From positions 104,346,001 to 104,410,000 of the forward strand of contig OX597823.1 of NCBI GenBank assembly GCA_951406725.2: a DNA stretch of 64,000 nt. The letters are read 5' to 3'. Position numbers and translations under genes: made by a program. This document shows positions 26,281 through 41,067 of the stretch, in pieces (within the stretch, counting starts at the first letter, position 1; each line of letters starts with the position of its first letter). The notes beneath the pieces were generated by a model that did not search any database, had not been told where the DNA came from, and saw nothing but the letters and a program-made list of their open reading frames with translations. The DNA is from Octopus vulgaris (taxonomy: Eukaryota).

Positions 26281-28779
26281 TTTTAATAAGTATTCCAAGG
26301 TACAACTGCAAGAAACCCACAAAGGCCTTCACTGTGAGACTAAATACCTATGGATATGATTTGGTATATTGATTTATTCATGAAGAATGTATTGAGATTC
26401 AAGTAATTATTGAAGTACACAGAGCCAAATATTTTCCTAAAATTAATAATGCAGTGTCTGCAGCCAAGTCTATACTCTTGATATTTTAGACAGAAGTCAT
26501 ATGATCATCCAGATAAGCTGCTTGCACAAACAGCAGGTTTAAATGCAAGCAGAGATGTGAAAACAAAAAGCAAATATAGAAATAAAAATCCTATTGATAT
26601 AAAAATAATTCAAATAAATTAGTGACATAATATCTAAACAATTTATTCAAATATGAATATTTTCTTCATTAAAGAACTTTGAATTTATCACAAATTGTAG
26701 TGTTACTATTCCTCTTCAGACCCATTGTTCTTCTTCTATTAAAACAGATTAATTTTATAAGAAGAAAAAAACTGCTGACATAAGAGGAATTAGATGCAGT
26801 GTGCAAGAGAGAAGACTGCACTGGTTTGGTCACATAGATGTAGATAGCTGCATAAGAAGTGGATGGAACTTGGGGAAGAGGGAGACGCAGAAAGACATGG
26901 GATGAAGTACTGAAGTTTGAGCTCAGGACACTGAGCCTTATGAAGGATATGACAAAGGACATTGATACCTATTTCTTTATTGCCCACAAGGGGCTAAACA
27001 CAGAAGGGACAAACAAGGACAGGCAAATGGATTAAGTCAATTATATCGACCCTAGCGCATAACTGGTACTTAATTTATCAACCCTGAAAGGATGAAAGGC
27101 AAAGTCGACCTCAGCGGAATTTGAACTCAGAATGTAATGGCAAACGAAATATGGCTACATGTTTCGCCTGGTGTGCTAACGTTTTTGCCAGCTCGCCAAT
27201 ACCTAGTGCCTTGCTGTACTCGAGAAGACCTGTCCACCACAGTAGAATTGTTAATGCTCCCCTCCCAACTGAAGAGATGTAGATGTTTGCTATGCAAGAG
27301 CCCTGAACCTCATAAAAAGCATCCGTGCTGATGTCACATAAATAATTACCTGTGCCATGTAAAAACTACCTGTGCCAGCACCACATAAAAAGCGCCCATG
27401 CTAGGTCACAAGAGAGGCACCTATTTCGTTACTACCCACAAGGGGCTAAACACAGAGAGGACAAACAAGGACAGACAAACAGATTAAGTCGATTATATCG
27501 ACCCCAGTGCGTAACTGGTACTTAATTCATCGACCCCGAAAGGATGAAAAGCAAAGTCGACCTCGACATAATTTGAACTCAGAACGTAACGGCAGACGAA
27601 ATACCGCTAAATATTTCACCTGGCGTGCTAACGTTCCTGCCAGCTTGCCTGTGCTGGTGTCATGTAAAAAGCACCCAGTACACTCTGTAAAGTGGTTAGC
27701 ATTTCAGAAGGCATCCAACAGTAGAAACCAGGCAAAATAAGACTGGTACCTGATGCAGCTCTCCAGCTTAACCTGTCCAACCCATGCCAGCATGGAAAAT
27801 GGACATTAAATGATGATGATGAAATAAGAGAATGGCTGGGGGAAGAATAACTGAGTATAGTTGCTGCATGGAAGTGGGTACTAATGCAGTTCATGTTGTA
27901 AACCAAATAATTTTGATTCATTCACATTATCCCTTTTATGATGAAGATGATAATTATCAATAAGGCTAATTTCCATCAAAAAGGCAAGTAGGGACAACCT
28001 CAAAATGTTACCCAAAATGATGAAAGGCAATGTCGACATTGAGTATAAGTCAATTACATTGACCCCTAGTGCTCAACTGGTACTTATTTTATCAACTCTA
28101 AAAGTCAACTTTGGCAGAATTTGAACTCAGAATGTAAAGACAGATGAAATGCCAATGAGCATTTTGTTCAGCATGCTAATCACTCAGCCAGCTTGCCACC
28201 TTCATAACTATCCTTTCTTAATTTAGCACAAGGTCACCAATCTTGAGGTGTGGGGAAGTGGATTCCAATGCTCTCAGTATTCAAATGGTACTTATTTTGT
28301 TGATCCCAAGAAGATGAAATGCAAAATCAACCTCAGCAGAATTTGAACTCCAATGTAAATGTCACAAGCATTTTGTCTGGCATGCTAATGATTCCATCAG
28401 TTCATTGTAACAACAACAACAACAGCAATGACAATTCACTGATGACTACTTGGAAGGATGACAAATGAAACCAACCTCAGAAGGATAAAAGTTGAGTTGG
28501 TCCCGGTGGGATCTGAATTCTAAATGTAGAGAAATGCAATGAAATATTGGAAAGCATATTTCCCAACAATTTACTGATTTTGCTAATCCAACCTTATTAA
28601 TTGTACAATAACTATATTTAAAAATTTAGAATATAAGTTCTGACAATCATGCCATTATCATCAATGTACACTGAACAGCCACTTTTTCTACGCTTGCATG
28701 GTTCAATAGGTCTGCAATATAACATGACATCTTTTCTTCATCTGATCTTATCTCATCTATATAGCATAGTATCTTAAGA

Positions 28780-29900
28780 TCTACATCACTCTACCCATGT
28801 CTTTTTTTGGGCTTCTGTCACAACTAACATTGTTTCAATTAATGTTTATTCTCTTTTCACATTACATTCCCATCTCAATAGAATGCAATTTCTGTACACA
28901 TCAGTGGACTTCTTGATTACTAACTGCTCCCTTGGGTCACTTTTTATGTCTTTTTTGAAAGCTGTTGTTGCATATCTAATCCATCATTATTCAACTTGTT
29001 TTTCTCAAGTTTCAGTAAATCTGCCACACTTAAAGCCTAACTCTCATGACTGCACTGCATGAAACTTCTATTAAATGTCAAATGTCTGACAGAATCAGAA
29101 CAAAAAAAAAAAAACATTGTTACCAACAGTGGTAAAAGCTCTCTAAACTTGTTACACCTCCAGAGTTAATTACAACACTTTAGTCACAGAACTATTAATT
29201 ATTCCAACCGAGTCATACATGTGTAATTCATAGGCATGGGTGCTCCTACTGCTATTCAGTCCTGTGCATCAATTATACTTGAAGACCTAAATGACAGTCA
29301 CTCTGTGAAAACTTCAGTACACACATTTCTTGCACCAAGTACAAAATATTAAGGCCCTTTCACCTTCTTGTTTTCATGTCAAACAGAATCACCTCCCAGA
29401 TAACATTGGAATTTTGAGCTTTCACAAGCTAGCACCTTGGTTTTTGTAACTGTCACATTAGATTCTAACTCTTTCATCCAGATGTGGAACTTTTTCTGCA
29501 GATCTTCAACAATTACTATTATAAAACCAAACCGTTAACATATAAATGTTATCGAAGACAACCAGTCCTAGATTTTTTGTGTTATTGCTTCAAGAACTAT
29601 AACAAATAGAAAGGCATTGAAAATAGAGCACTAGTACACACCTACCAATACATTAAAATCCTCAGAACTTGCTGTTGACCTGAACATTACTAATTATACC
29701 TTTATATTTTAAGGCTTGGTCTGGAGAAGTTGTGCTCAATATTAACATGAAGTCTTCAAATACTTGCTTGCCTATCTTTCACAAGTTGTTTATCTGCAAC
29801 TAGTTATAATGTCTTACTAAACAAAAATGCCAAGGATCTTATCAAAGAATCCTCCAATGAAGGATAATCTTAAAAGCCCAACAGAGCTATTAAGATTAAT
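28780..29900 (-). mobile_element. Highly decayed RTE LINE remnant
   Basis: Patchy similarity to the RT region of the 38.4-39.7 kb copy (e.g. GGTGTGTACTAGTGCTCTATTTTCAATGCCTTTCTATTTGTTATAGTTCTTGAAGCAATAAC). Confidence 0.5.
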
Positions 29901-31679
29901 CTGTATCAGCTTAAATCATCATGTTGTAAGAGACAACTAAGAGTTGGTAGCAGGAGGGGTATCCAACCATAAAACATTACCTCAAAAACCCTGTCCAAAC
30001 CATACCAGCATGGAAAAGTAGACGTAATATGATGATGCTTGTTAGGTATATTGGTATGCCATAAGAAGAAAATAAATTTAATATCACTGGTAATACCCTT
30101 TATTGTAAAGTAGCTTTTCTACTTTATGTATCTTTTTTTATATACAATAGACAGCAATTGTCTACTCAGGCACAGATCCTTATACTTGTGTGAAAAGACA
30201 CAAATAACCACTTATCCTAGAAGAAACAAACAAAGCAGACATGTATTGGAAGGTGTTTATAATAAAAATGGCTATAATAAAGTTGGTGTCTAAAACGGAC
30301 AACTTTGAATCCAAGAATTAAGGGTTGTGTCAGTCAAGTTAATATTAAAAGGTTTAAGGCAGATAAATTCAGCTCTCACTGATTCGTACCAAATACAGGT
30401 CTTAACCAAAACAACAATTATTCCAAGAATGATGTTGCATTTGTGTCTTATGCAAATTATATTTTTTTACTAAAATTGCCTAAATCATACTAAAGGAAAC
30501 CTACCAGAGACTCCCTTGTTCTTGTATTTAATATCCAAGTTTTTGATACTGATACAGGTTAGATGGTTCTAAAACATTTTTTTCTTTATCTTAAATTATC
30601 ATTTCATATAATGTGATCTTGATTTTTAAAAACTTCTTTTCTTTTTTTTAAGTGGCTTAATCAGAAGAAGAATGGCAATACTTTTGACCTTTTTCTAGAC
30701 CCCACTGACAAGGAGAAGCAAGTGAAGTAGTTATCTTCAGACCAAAGATGGTCAAATGCTTGCAAAAAAAAGGTACGCAAAGGCTAGGCCTGGTGGTAAT
30801 GCTAAATCAGAAATGGATTAAGTTTTCCACCTAAATCCATGGTCACTGATGGACTTCCTCACAGTTTCCCTCAGCCAGATTTCTCTCACAAGACTTTAGT
30901 TTGTTTAGGACTTATTCCATCAGTCTCTTCTGCCAAACTACTAAGTTATAGGGACATAAACAGACCAACATCGGTTGTCAAGTGATGGTAGGAGGACATC
31001 ATCATCACCATTTAACATCCACTTTCCATGCTGGCTTGGATTGAATAGTTTGACTGAAACTGGTAAGCTACACCAGGTTTCAATCTGATCTGGCATGGTT
31101 TCTACAGCTGGACGCCCTTCCTAATTCCAACCATACTCCAAAAGTGTAGTGGGCACTTTTTACATACCGCTGGCAAGGGTGCCATCTATGTGAACCCAGC
31201 ATCAACCACAACTATGATCTCACTTAGCTTGTCAGGTCTATACATAAACATGGTATATTGCCCCCCCACCCATATATATCATCATCATCGTTTAACGTCC
31301 GTTTTCCGTGCTAGCATGGGTTGGACGGTTCGACTGGGCTCTGGGAAGCCAGGAGGCTGCACCAGGCTCCAGTCTGATCTGGTAGTATTTCTACAGCTGG
31401 GTGCCCTTCCTAACGTCAACCACTCCATGAGTGTAGTGGGTGCTTTTTACGTGCCACCGGCACAGGTGCTAGGGGAGGCTGCCAGTGGCCACAATCAGTT
31501 GATGCTTTTTACGTGCCACTGGCACAGAAGCCAGTCAAGGCGGCGCTGGCATCGGCCACGTTCAGATGGTGCCTTTTATGTGCCACTGGCACAGGTATCA
31601 CAACTACAATTTCCATTTGATATTTATTTTGATATTGATGTACTTGACTCAATAGGTCTCATATATATATATATATACA

Positions 31680-32487
31680 CTAGCAGAATTGCCCGGCGTT
31701 GCTCGGGGCTGAATTGCTTGAAAGTACTGTTAATGATTGCACTGAATTATGATGATTATTCAGGCAAATATTGATATAAGTTTACAGTGGGAGATAAGGA
31801 CTTAACGATTAAACGTGTGCCATTGCATTGTTTTGGGGGAACCAAATTTCTGATGAGCATTATAAGGGCACCAACTTTAAGTTTGAGAAAGTGTAGTCGT
31901 AGTCCGGGGTGCTCAAAGGAATTGAGTACCTCTATTGGATAGTTGATGACGTCCTCTGGGTCAGGAGTTGTATCGATAGACTGATATACATAGACTTCCC
32001 CAGGAATGAGTTTTAGCATTTCATCATTAATATGGTGAACAGTTTTATTCCTCGGGGCCAGTATATATTCTGATAATTAGCTTGTAGATCTGGGAACACT
32101 GCATCTCTGAGATCAGAAGGCGTCTTAACAATGGTACAAATGGAATCGATGGCAATATTACCATTTTCATCCCCTGGTATTTTGCCTTCGCCAAGTGCAA
32201 GGAGGGTGTGAGGAAATGCTGCTGATGTGATATTACGTCGCATATGAGCACGCATATTGGTGTGAAGTTTGAGAGTTACTTACCTTTATTTAAAAAAATA
32301 TGCATTAAAATGGAAAAAAATGATGGTAAATTATTTGTAAAATCATAGACTCATCGTAGACGCGCGCTGATACCCAGAAGGGCTCGATATGAATCACGAC
32401 TTGGTTAAACTGCATCGCAAAATGTGGGAGTAGTTAGGAATCTAATTCGGAGTAGACAGACACACAACCTTTCTTTTATATATAAAT
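31680..32487 (-). mobile_element. Helitron deletion derivative retaining a PIF1-type helicase fragment
   Basis: ORFs 32013..32255 and 31756..32019 (L.TNMRA…YPIEVLNS…LKLKVGALIMLIRNL…CNGTRLIV); 3' hairpin CCCGAGCAACGCCGGG plus CTAG. Confidence 0.88.
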
Positions 32488-32840
32488 ATTTTCGTCCTAA
32501 AAAACTTTGTATGGATTGAATGGTTACCTCTATGGAAATATATACACACACGTTATACATACATGTGTACATAGATGAATATATAAATACATTTATATAT
32601 CTATATACACTTTTGGGCGATCTTTGTGCTACTTAGAGATAACTTTAGATCTTATTTTCGTCCTAAAAAACTTTGTGCGGAGTGAATGGTTACGTCTATG
32701 GAAATATATACACACACATTATACATACATCTGTGTATAGATGAATATATAAATACATTTAAATATCTATATACACTTTTGGGCGATCTTTCTGCTACTT
32801 GTATATACTTTAGGTCTTATATTCGTCCTAAAAAACTTTC
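32488..32840. repeat. ~166-bp tandem duplication (about 2.1 units)
   Basis: TTCGTCCTAAAAAACTTT recurs at ~32490, ~32656 and ~32822. Confidence 0.85.
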
Positions 32841-32891
32841 CTGTCACACACTCACGCACACGCACACACACACACACCCTCACACACACAC

Positions 32892-32928
<37 letters not shown>

Positions 32929-33241
32929 AGCTTACAATTTTATTTATATATTTGCGTGTCTATGTGTGTAAAGAGGAAGTGGGAATGCAGAGTGAAAGAG
33001 TCACTCACTACAAAAAGTGAATTACTTTCACTTTAATCGTTGCACACTGTGTGTGTGCGTGTGCTGTAACCCACACTAAGAAAAGCATTTGACTTATACA
33101 CCACAATGTGAGTTTTCTCTAAATTTTGCTTAATTGGGGTTGAAATTGTAAAAACTGGACCTGGCACGACCCGATGCATTCTACTCTTAAAAATGCTAGG
33201 TAAATTGTAATTGAAGAAATCCTATATTGTAGATTTCTATA

Positions 33242-33282
<41 letters not shown>

Positions 33283-34124
33283 GCTTCTTTCAGTTTCCAT
33301 CTACCACATCCATTCACAAGGCTTTGGTCGGCCCAAGGCTATAGTAGAAGACACTTGCCCAAGTGGCCACACAGAAGAACTGAACCTGGAACTATGTGGT
33401 TGGGAAGCAGACTTCCTACCACACTGCCATGCCTGTTGAAATATGATGATGTAGTAGACATGGTTTTTTCCAAGGGTACTAGTAAGCATAAGAGTATGGT
33501 TTCAACTAGGGATTGAAACTACTCTACAGAGCTGATTAGTCAAGAACTTAATTCTTTCAATAATGTAAGCATCACTTCAAACCAAGAACTACATTACTTA
33601 AGCACTTTGAAACTACTCAAGATATATTATATTCACAGCCAACCCATGTTACCAGTGCCACCAAATCTTGTCAATCAATGTGACAGGCTATGAACCCATT
33701 CATATAGTACCCCTGCTCATGTACAGTCATCTACAATGCAATGTTAATATTCTATTAGTTTTAGTTTTTTCTCACCTTCAATATGTGACAATAAATCCCT
33801 TAACCATCCAATCAGAAGATTCAGATTACTGCTTAAGAATCAAGCATAGAATTTCCATGAGACTTTTCACAGATGGGAGAAAAGGTATGAAAGAATAGTC
33901 GCAGTCACTGCAACAATAATGAGCCAAAGCAACACAAAATACAAAGCTGGTGCATGACTAATGTTTGCAGTGATTAATCAACAATGGAATCTTAACATTT
34001 CTATAAGTGAAATATGATAAATTCCAGTTTTGAAGCTTAAACATAATAATAATAAAACAAGACAATCAAAGCAAAAAATAACAATAAGCCGTCGTAATAT
34101 AATTGCCATTTCTAAGGAACCTAA

Positions 34125-34455
34125 AACTTGACTTGACTTGAGACAGCATTCACCCGGGGTAGGTTGAGCTGGCTTCATTCATCCTCAATGCTGCATCTCT
34201 CACAAACGCCGACCAGACCTGGCGATTTGATGCTAAAAACTGCGTGATCTCCAACCATTCCCTATTCCAGCAGCAAACGCCATAGATATGGGGGGGGGGG
34301 GGGGCCTAGGTTGGGTTCCAGATCAGCCTTGACTGTCGTCAGCCAGGTTTTTCGTTGTCCACCACATCGCTTTCACCAACCCTGAAGGGGAGCTGGGGCA
34401 ATTGCTTCGTAGATGAATTCTCCTGGTTGACGACGGATGGCATGACCCAGCCAAC
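34125..34455 (-). mobile_element. LINE 3' end (RTE-like) with (CAAGT)n tail
   Basis: GHAVRRQPGEF…RCGGQRKTWLTTVKADLE-like translation; ACTTG repeats at 34126-34140. Confidence 0.6.
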
Positions 34456-35188
34456 ACAGATTAAAATATTTGAAAATAATTATCATTAAAAAAAGAAAAC
34501 AAGAAACACAATTTGCTTCTTATATATTATATATTATAGATACTTTTCTAAATAATAGATTATTGGTGAAGAAAAATGGAAGAGATATGAAGCCAACAAG
34601 CAACAATAGAGACAACCTGCCTTGAAGTGCAGCAACTCCAAATAAAACTGATGCAGATTAGATAGGACATGTAAGCCCTGGTAGACAGCCCCACCTAGTT
34701 CATAATCCTTGTTGTAAAATGGTTGGCAATAGGAAAAGCATTGTTCCATAAAAACCATCCAGTAAAATAGAGCTATACACAGTAACAGAGGATTGCAGCT
34801 TTCTTCTTTTTATTATGTGAGTTGAATGATAAAACACTGTATCAGATTTGTCCAACAAATGCCAGCATGGAAGAATGGATCGATAACAATGACGATGGTA
34901 ATAATAAAAGACCTTTCTGCTGCAAATGCAAAGATACTAGCAAGAGAAGAGTTAAGTCTACTAGCAATATTTTAAGCGTGATTTACTTTTTTACTTGTTT
35001 CAGTCATTTGACTGTGGCCATGCTGGAGCATTGCCTTTAGCTGAGCAAATCGACCCCAGGACTTATTCTTTGTAAGCCTAGTACTTATTCTATTGGTCTC
35101 TTTTGCCGAACTGCTAAGTTATGGGGATGTAAACACACCAGCATCGGTTGTCAAGCGATGTTGGGCGGACAAACACAGACACATAAAC

Positions 35189-35223
<35 letters not shown>

Positions 35224-36148
35224 CATACATATATATACAATGGGCTTCTTTTAAGTTTCCATCTACCAAATCCACTCACAAGGCTTTGGTCGGCCTGAGG
35301 CTATAGTAGAAGACATTTGCTCAAGGTGCCACGCAGTGGGACTGAACCCAGACCATGTGGTTGGTAAGCAAGCTACTTACCACACAGCCACTCCTGACTA
35401 ATTTCACTAACAAAACTCGAAGATGTAAGTATATGAAAATATCTTCATGTTATATCTAACTAAAATAATGGCTTCACAAATAACAGAACCAAATTTAAAA
35501 AACAATTGTTATTTGAGGTGATATTACTATGTTTTGTACTTTGACACTAACAAAATTAACCAAATTAATCAGGGTTGATATAGCAATTAAATGAAACAAC
35601 GTCCAAGTGCTAACAATGTTCAAAGTAAATTAGTCATTACACACAAATTACTATAATTGGCAGTAAAATGACAAACCAACAGAATCAGAATCAGGGTTTT
35701 ATTTTACCCACATCATGAATTCGGACATGTCAGTACTTTTTGCATTCAACTGTTGGAATGTGTAATTTCCCTGTTATTTAGCATTTGGTTGAGTGCTCTT
35801 TTTACCAAGTGACCAATGAATGCAGGTAACAGCATTGTAGTCCATCATGGATGTATTGGACATCTAGTAAATCATTCTCAAATCTGAAAGCCTGGACAGT
35901 GGGAAATACTCATGTACACCTGTGGCATGAAAAACAAACAGTACAGTAGGTAATAACACCCCTAACATCCACTTTCCATGCTAGCATGGGTTGGACGGTT
36001 CGACCAGGGTCTGGGAAGCCAGGAGGCTGCACCAGGCGCCAGTCTGATCTGGCAGTGTTTCTACAGCAGGATGCCCTTCCTAACGCCAACCACTCCATGA
36101 GTGTAGTGGGTGCTTTTTACATGCTACCGGCACAGGTGCCAGCCTATG

Positions 36149-36217
<69 letters not shown>

Positions 36218-36234
36218 ATATGTATATATATAAT

Positions 36235-37022
36235 TAAGTTAAGTTAATTTTTGGGCTCAAAAAGCAAAAGCAAGGCCATTTAGGGGGACATGGAGTTATG
36301 TACAGGGAGGGTGTTCATGCAAAGAGTTCAGGCCATTTCTGGTTAAGAGAGACATTGAACCGAGCGGTCGTCGGCATCTTCACTATCTCATCCGGCAGCT
36401 TATTCCACGGATCCGCAACCCGGATGGAGAAAGCCCCTCTCCTTCGATTGAGATGAAATCGTTGCAGATAGAGCTTTTCAGAGTGACCCCGCAGCCGACA
36501 CTCTGGAGCAGGAGTGAAGAACAGCTCTTTCGAGAGGGTACACTTTCCACTTATGATGTTGTGAGCGAGAATGAGATCACCACGGCGGCGGCGTTTTTCT
36601 AGAGAATAAAAGTCAAGCGTCTTCAGCCTTTCTTCGTAAGACAAATGCTTGAGACCAAGAACCATGCGGGTAGCCAGCTTCTGGACTCTTTCAAAATGAT
36701 ATATGTCTTTGAGGAGAGAAGGAGAAGAGGCTTGAATCCCATACTCCAATATGGGTATCACCAGCATGACATAGAGTGGTAGGAACATGGCTGCTGTGAG
36801 CATTCCGAATGACCGTCAAATCAAAAACAGAACTCCGTGTGCTTTGTTGGCAGCATGGACGCATTGGGCCGAAGGCGAAAAGGAAGAATCCACCAAGCTA
36901 CCCAGGTCCTTTACCTGGTCGGTCTTCTCCAGCAGCAGACGACCTGGCACAATATCAAGTTGGGTTGCAAGAGAGGAGCCAACAGGCAGATGACAGCACT
37001 TTGATACGTTCAGACACAGGTC
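36235..37022 (-). mobile_element. CR1-clade LINE 3' fragment, same family as 21295-22160
   Basis: ORF 36315..36803 (PILEYG…ERVQKLATRMV…LSYEERL…RRRGDLI…LRGHSEKL); clear DNA similarity to the 21.5-22.1 kb copy. Confidence 0.9.
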
Positions 37023-38399
37023 CCAGGGGCTAAACACAGAGAGGACAAACAAGGACAGACAAACGGATTAAGTCGATTATATCGACTCCAGAGCGTAACT
37101 GGTACTTATTTAATCGACCCCGAAAGGATGAAAGGCAAAGTCGGCCTCGGCGGAATTTGAACTCAGAACGTAACGGCAGATGAAATACCACTAAGCAGTT
37201 CGCCTGGCATGCTAACGTTTCTACCAGCTCACCAACTTAACAGTAGCAACAAACACAAACACACACACACACACAGAGTGGTGTGTACCTGTGTGTAACC
37301 TAAAAAGTATCAGTTTCTATTCTTGCTCTATTTATTTATTGCACAGCACCTCTTCAACATTATTTTCTTGCAATCAAATTTTTTTCCTGCATTCATTTAT
37401 GATATATGTGTCATGTGACCACAGTATCAACTATATGATATTGAATTTCCTTCTTCTACAAACATTCTAACAAAAAATTCCCTAAATAAAAGGAGGTCAA
37501 ATATTTGTGTGGTAGTGTGGTCATGGCATGTAGAACACACAAAGATTTATGCTGGGTGTGAGATATAAAGAATAGACGGCCATAATATGACCAAAAATGA
37601 GTAAAATCGAAGAATAAGAGGATAACTGAAACAAGAAGCACAAATATCAGAGCAAAAACTAATAAAGTTTAAGGAGTCAAAACAAAACCTGCTGCTAAGA
37701 AAATATTGTAAGTCATCCATATTCTTTGATATAAAAAAAGTGGTGGGGGGGGACTATAAGAGTATTAGAAATGTTGAAAACAATCCTTCGTCTACAAAAT
37801 TGTAGAACAGCTTAACTATACAAATAGTGTAAAGTAATACATTACTGAGCTTTTCAATATAGATTGTAGCTGATGTAGTTCTTGGTAGACAAACTAATAT
37901 CATAGGTTCACAGTTATCTAAGGAATGCGTACCCAAAAACAGGTCAGACTAAGGAAAATTTTTTATATGGAAAGAAATAAAGCTTATTTATTTGTTTGTT
38001 TTAATCACACATCATCATCATCAACATCCATTGTACATGCTGGCATGGGTTGGATGGTTTGACCAGGGCTGGCAAGCTGGAAGGCTGCACCAGATTCCAG
38101 CCTGATTTGGCATGGTTTTCTACAGCTGGATGCCCTTCCTAATGCCAACTAGGCTGAGAGTGTAACGGGTGCTTTTACGAGCCACTGGCACAGGCGCCAT
38201 TTGTGAGACACAAGTATATGCCATGACTGCGATCTTACTTGGCTTGATGGGTCTTCTCATGCGCAACATAATGCCAAGGTCTCGGTTCAACACTCAAAAG
38301 GAAAGGCCTTTCATGTGCCACCGGCATTGGTCATGACTACGATTTCACTTGGCTTTCACTGCATATCGCCAAAAGTCTCAGTCACTATTCATTTGCTTC

Positions 38400-39660
38400 T
38401 GTGAAACCCAAAATTCGAAGATCATGCTTCACACCTCATCTCATATCTTCTTGGGTCTACCTCTACCACAGGTTTCCTCCACAGATAGAGATCAGCACTT
38501 CTTTACACAGCTGTCCTCATCCATATGCATCCCATCACCATATCAGCACAGTTTGTCTCCCTTGCACAGCAAATCCTATGTCTTTTATGCCCAATTTTTC
38601 ACTTAAGATGTTTACACTGTTGTACATGCACACTGACATTGCACATCAGTGAAGCATACTGGTTTCATTTCTTTCAAGCCTACGCATGTCCTCAGCTGTC
38701 ACAGCCCATGTTTCATTGACGTGTAGCATAGCTGTTCGCACACAGGCATTATACAATCTGCCTTTCACTCTGAGGGAGAAGCCCTTTGTTGTCAGCAGAG
38801 GTAGGAGCTCTCTGAACTTTGCCCACCCTATTCTTATTCTAGTAGCTACACTCTCAGAGCATCCACCTCCACTACTAACTTGGTCACTTATATAATGGAA
38901 GCTATCTACTACCACTGGCAGTTGATGGAGTCTATTTTCTGTACATTTTCAGTGTTTATTGTACCTGTGCACTTTCCATACACAAAAGCTATTTTCCCTG
39001 TTAAACTTCTGATATTGCTGCACCACTTATCCATAGCTTACACTAGGTACACCTTATGGAGTTTCTACCTATGCCTTTTCTACAGATCAAACAGAGCCAT
39101 TTATCTGAAGGGATTTGTAATTTGTCTGCCCTCCTAGGACCTTGGTTTTTGCAAGATTAACTCTAAGGCCCTTTAATTCTAGACCTTGCTTCCATATCTG
39201 AAACTTCTCTAGTTCTGGTAGGGATTCAGCTATAAGAACAAGGTCATCAGCATAGAGGAGCTCCCAGAGGTAGCCTGTATTAAATTCTTCTGTTATTGCC
39301 TGGAGGACTATGATGAACAAAAGGGGGCTGAGGACCAATCCTTGGTGAACCCCCACTTGTGCCCTGAATTAATTGCTGTACTCATTGCCAATCCTCACCT
39401 TACTGATAGTGTACCTGTACATGGCTTGTACAGCTTTCACCAACCAATTGTCTATCCCTAATTTCCACATTGACCATCAGATAAGGGATCGGGGGGAACC
39501 TTGTCAAGGCTTTCTCAAGTCAACAAAAGCCAAGTACAGAGGTTTATCTTTGGCTATGTATTTCTCCTGCAGCTGCCTTATCAGAAATATAGCATCTCTC
39601 CCTAATTAGTTGGGCTATGACCTTCTCTGTAACTTGGTCCAACAATTTGATACCTCTGTA
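38400..39660 (-). mobile_element. RTE-clade LINE ORF2 remnant continuing into its 3' UTR (38010-38400)
   Basis: GVHQGLVLSPLLFIIV…LLYADDLVL…GLRVNLAKTK…RIRIGWAKFRELLPLL, with frameshifts. Confidence 0.9.
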
Positions 39661-40207
39661 AAACAAAAATCTGAAAAATCCCATTCAAAATGGAGAAATT
39701 CCAATTTATGTGGGCGACCTATCCCAGACATCCGTCTAAACTTTGAATAAACAATTAACAATTCATATCATCATAATCATAACATGCAAAATTCAAGCAA
39801 TGTTATTATAACAGAGAACTGACAAGAAATTATGAAATAGCATGTTTTCTTTATGTAAATCATTAATTGAGTTCTAAATTAGCTAAACAACTATTTATCT
39901 GAATGATTTTCAAAACAACCCTTACTTCAACACTACAAAGAAAAAAATAACAATGTCTTTGGTATATCAAAACAGTAGCTTCATAAACAGCTTTATTAAT
40001 AATAAATAAACTGCTACTAACAGACTATTATAATTGCAGATGTGGTGTGGCAAAGAAAGTTGCTTCCCAAACATGTGGTCTTGGGTTCAGTCCCACTCTG
40101 CATCACCTTGGGCAAATGATTTCTAGTATATCCCAGACTTACCAAAGCCTTATGAGTTGATTAGTTAAACAGAAACTGAAAGAAGCCTGTTGTATATATA
40201 TATAATA

Positions 40208-41067
40208 AAATAGTCGGGTAAGGTATAATTATTTATTATTTATGCTTTATACTGACTTAATTCCGAAACGCGCATCCGTAGGTAACCTAATATAGAATGA
40301 TCTTCGTCATTTTTTTCCCTTTTGCCTGCGTGGTTTGTTTTCAAGTGCTTTGGTTTTTCTGGGAATTCCCTTTAAAGTAGAAGGAATAGCTAAGATTTTT
40401 TGACTGCTATTTCTGAACTTCGGTGTGTGGTGAAGCAAATCGTTGCTGAACCCTAATTATATAGTATTACTTAAACTTACCATGAAATGGTCTTTTTTCA
40501 TGCCGAATTCTACTTGGGGAAATTATTGATTACTTCTTAATTAATTAATTTCACCCTTTGTTATTATTGATAATATTATTTTTCTCCCAGAAAAAAACTT
40601 TAGCATCTTACTTTGGCAACACGCTGGTGGGCGAGGGAGGATGACTTACTCTCATTCATTTTTTTGAATTTGGCGGCACTAGCATGGAATATGATCTCTC
40701 TGTTACCGTTAGGTGAAGTGATGGTTTCCAGTGCCTTCAAATTTAATATGCAATTATTAATAATTGAGATACAATTATTTATAGTTGAGGAATCCTACGC
40801 TGAAGAGACGAAATTAGTCGGGTAAGGTATAATTATTTATTATTTGTGCTTTATACTGACTTAATTCCAAAACGCACATCTGTAGGTAACCTAATATAGA
40901 ATGATTTTCGTCATTTTTTTCCCTTTTGCCTGCGTGGTTTGTTTTCAAGTGCTTTGGTTTTTCTGGGAACTCCCTTTAAAGTAGAAGGAATAGCTAAGAT
41001 TTTTTGACTGCTATTTCTGAACTTCGATGTGTGGTGAAGCAAATCGTTGCTGAACCCTAATTATATA

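Noticed and set aside
31756-32255. Host PIF1 helicase gene
   Set aside because: Frameshifted fragment inside Helitron termini.
33978-34109. Signal-peptide-like ORF MAIILRRLIVIFCFDCLVLLLL as first exon
   Set aside because: Only a weak phase-1 donor (GTTTAA) and it abuts a LINE tail; 60731-60794 has a perfect donor and better start context. It cannot be fully excluded as an alternative exon.
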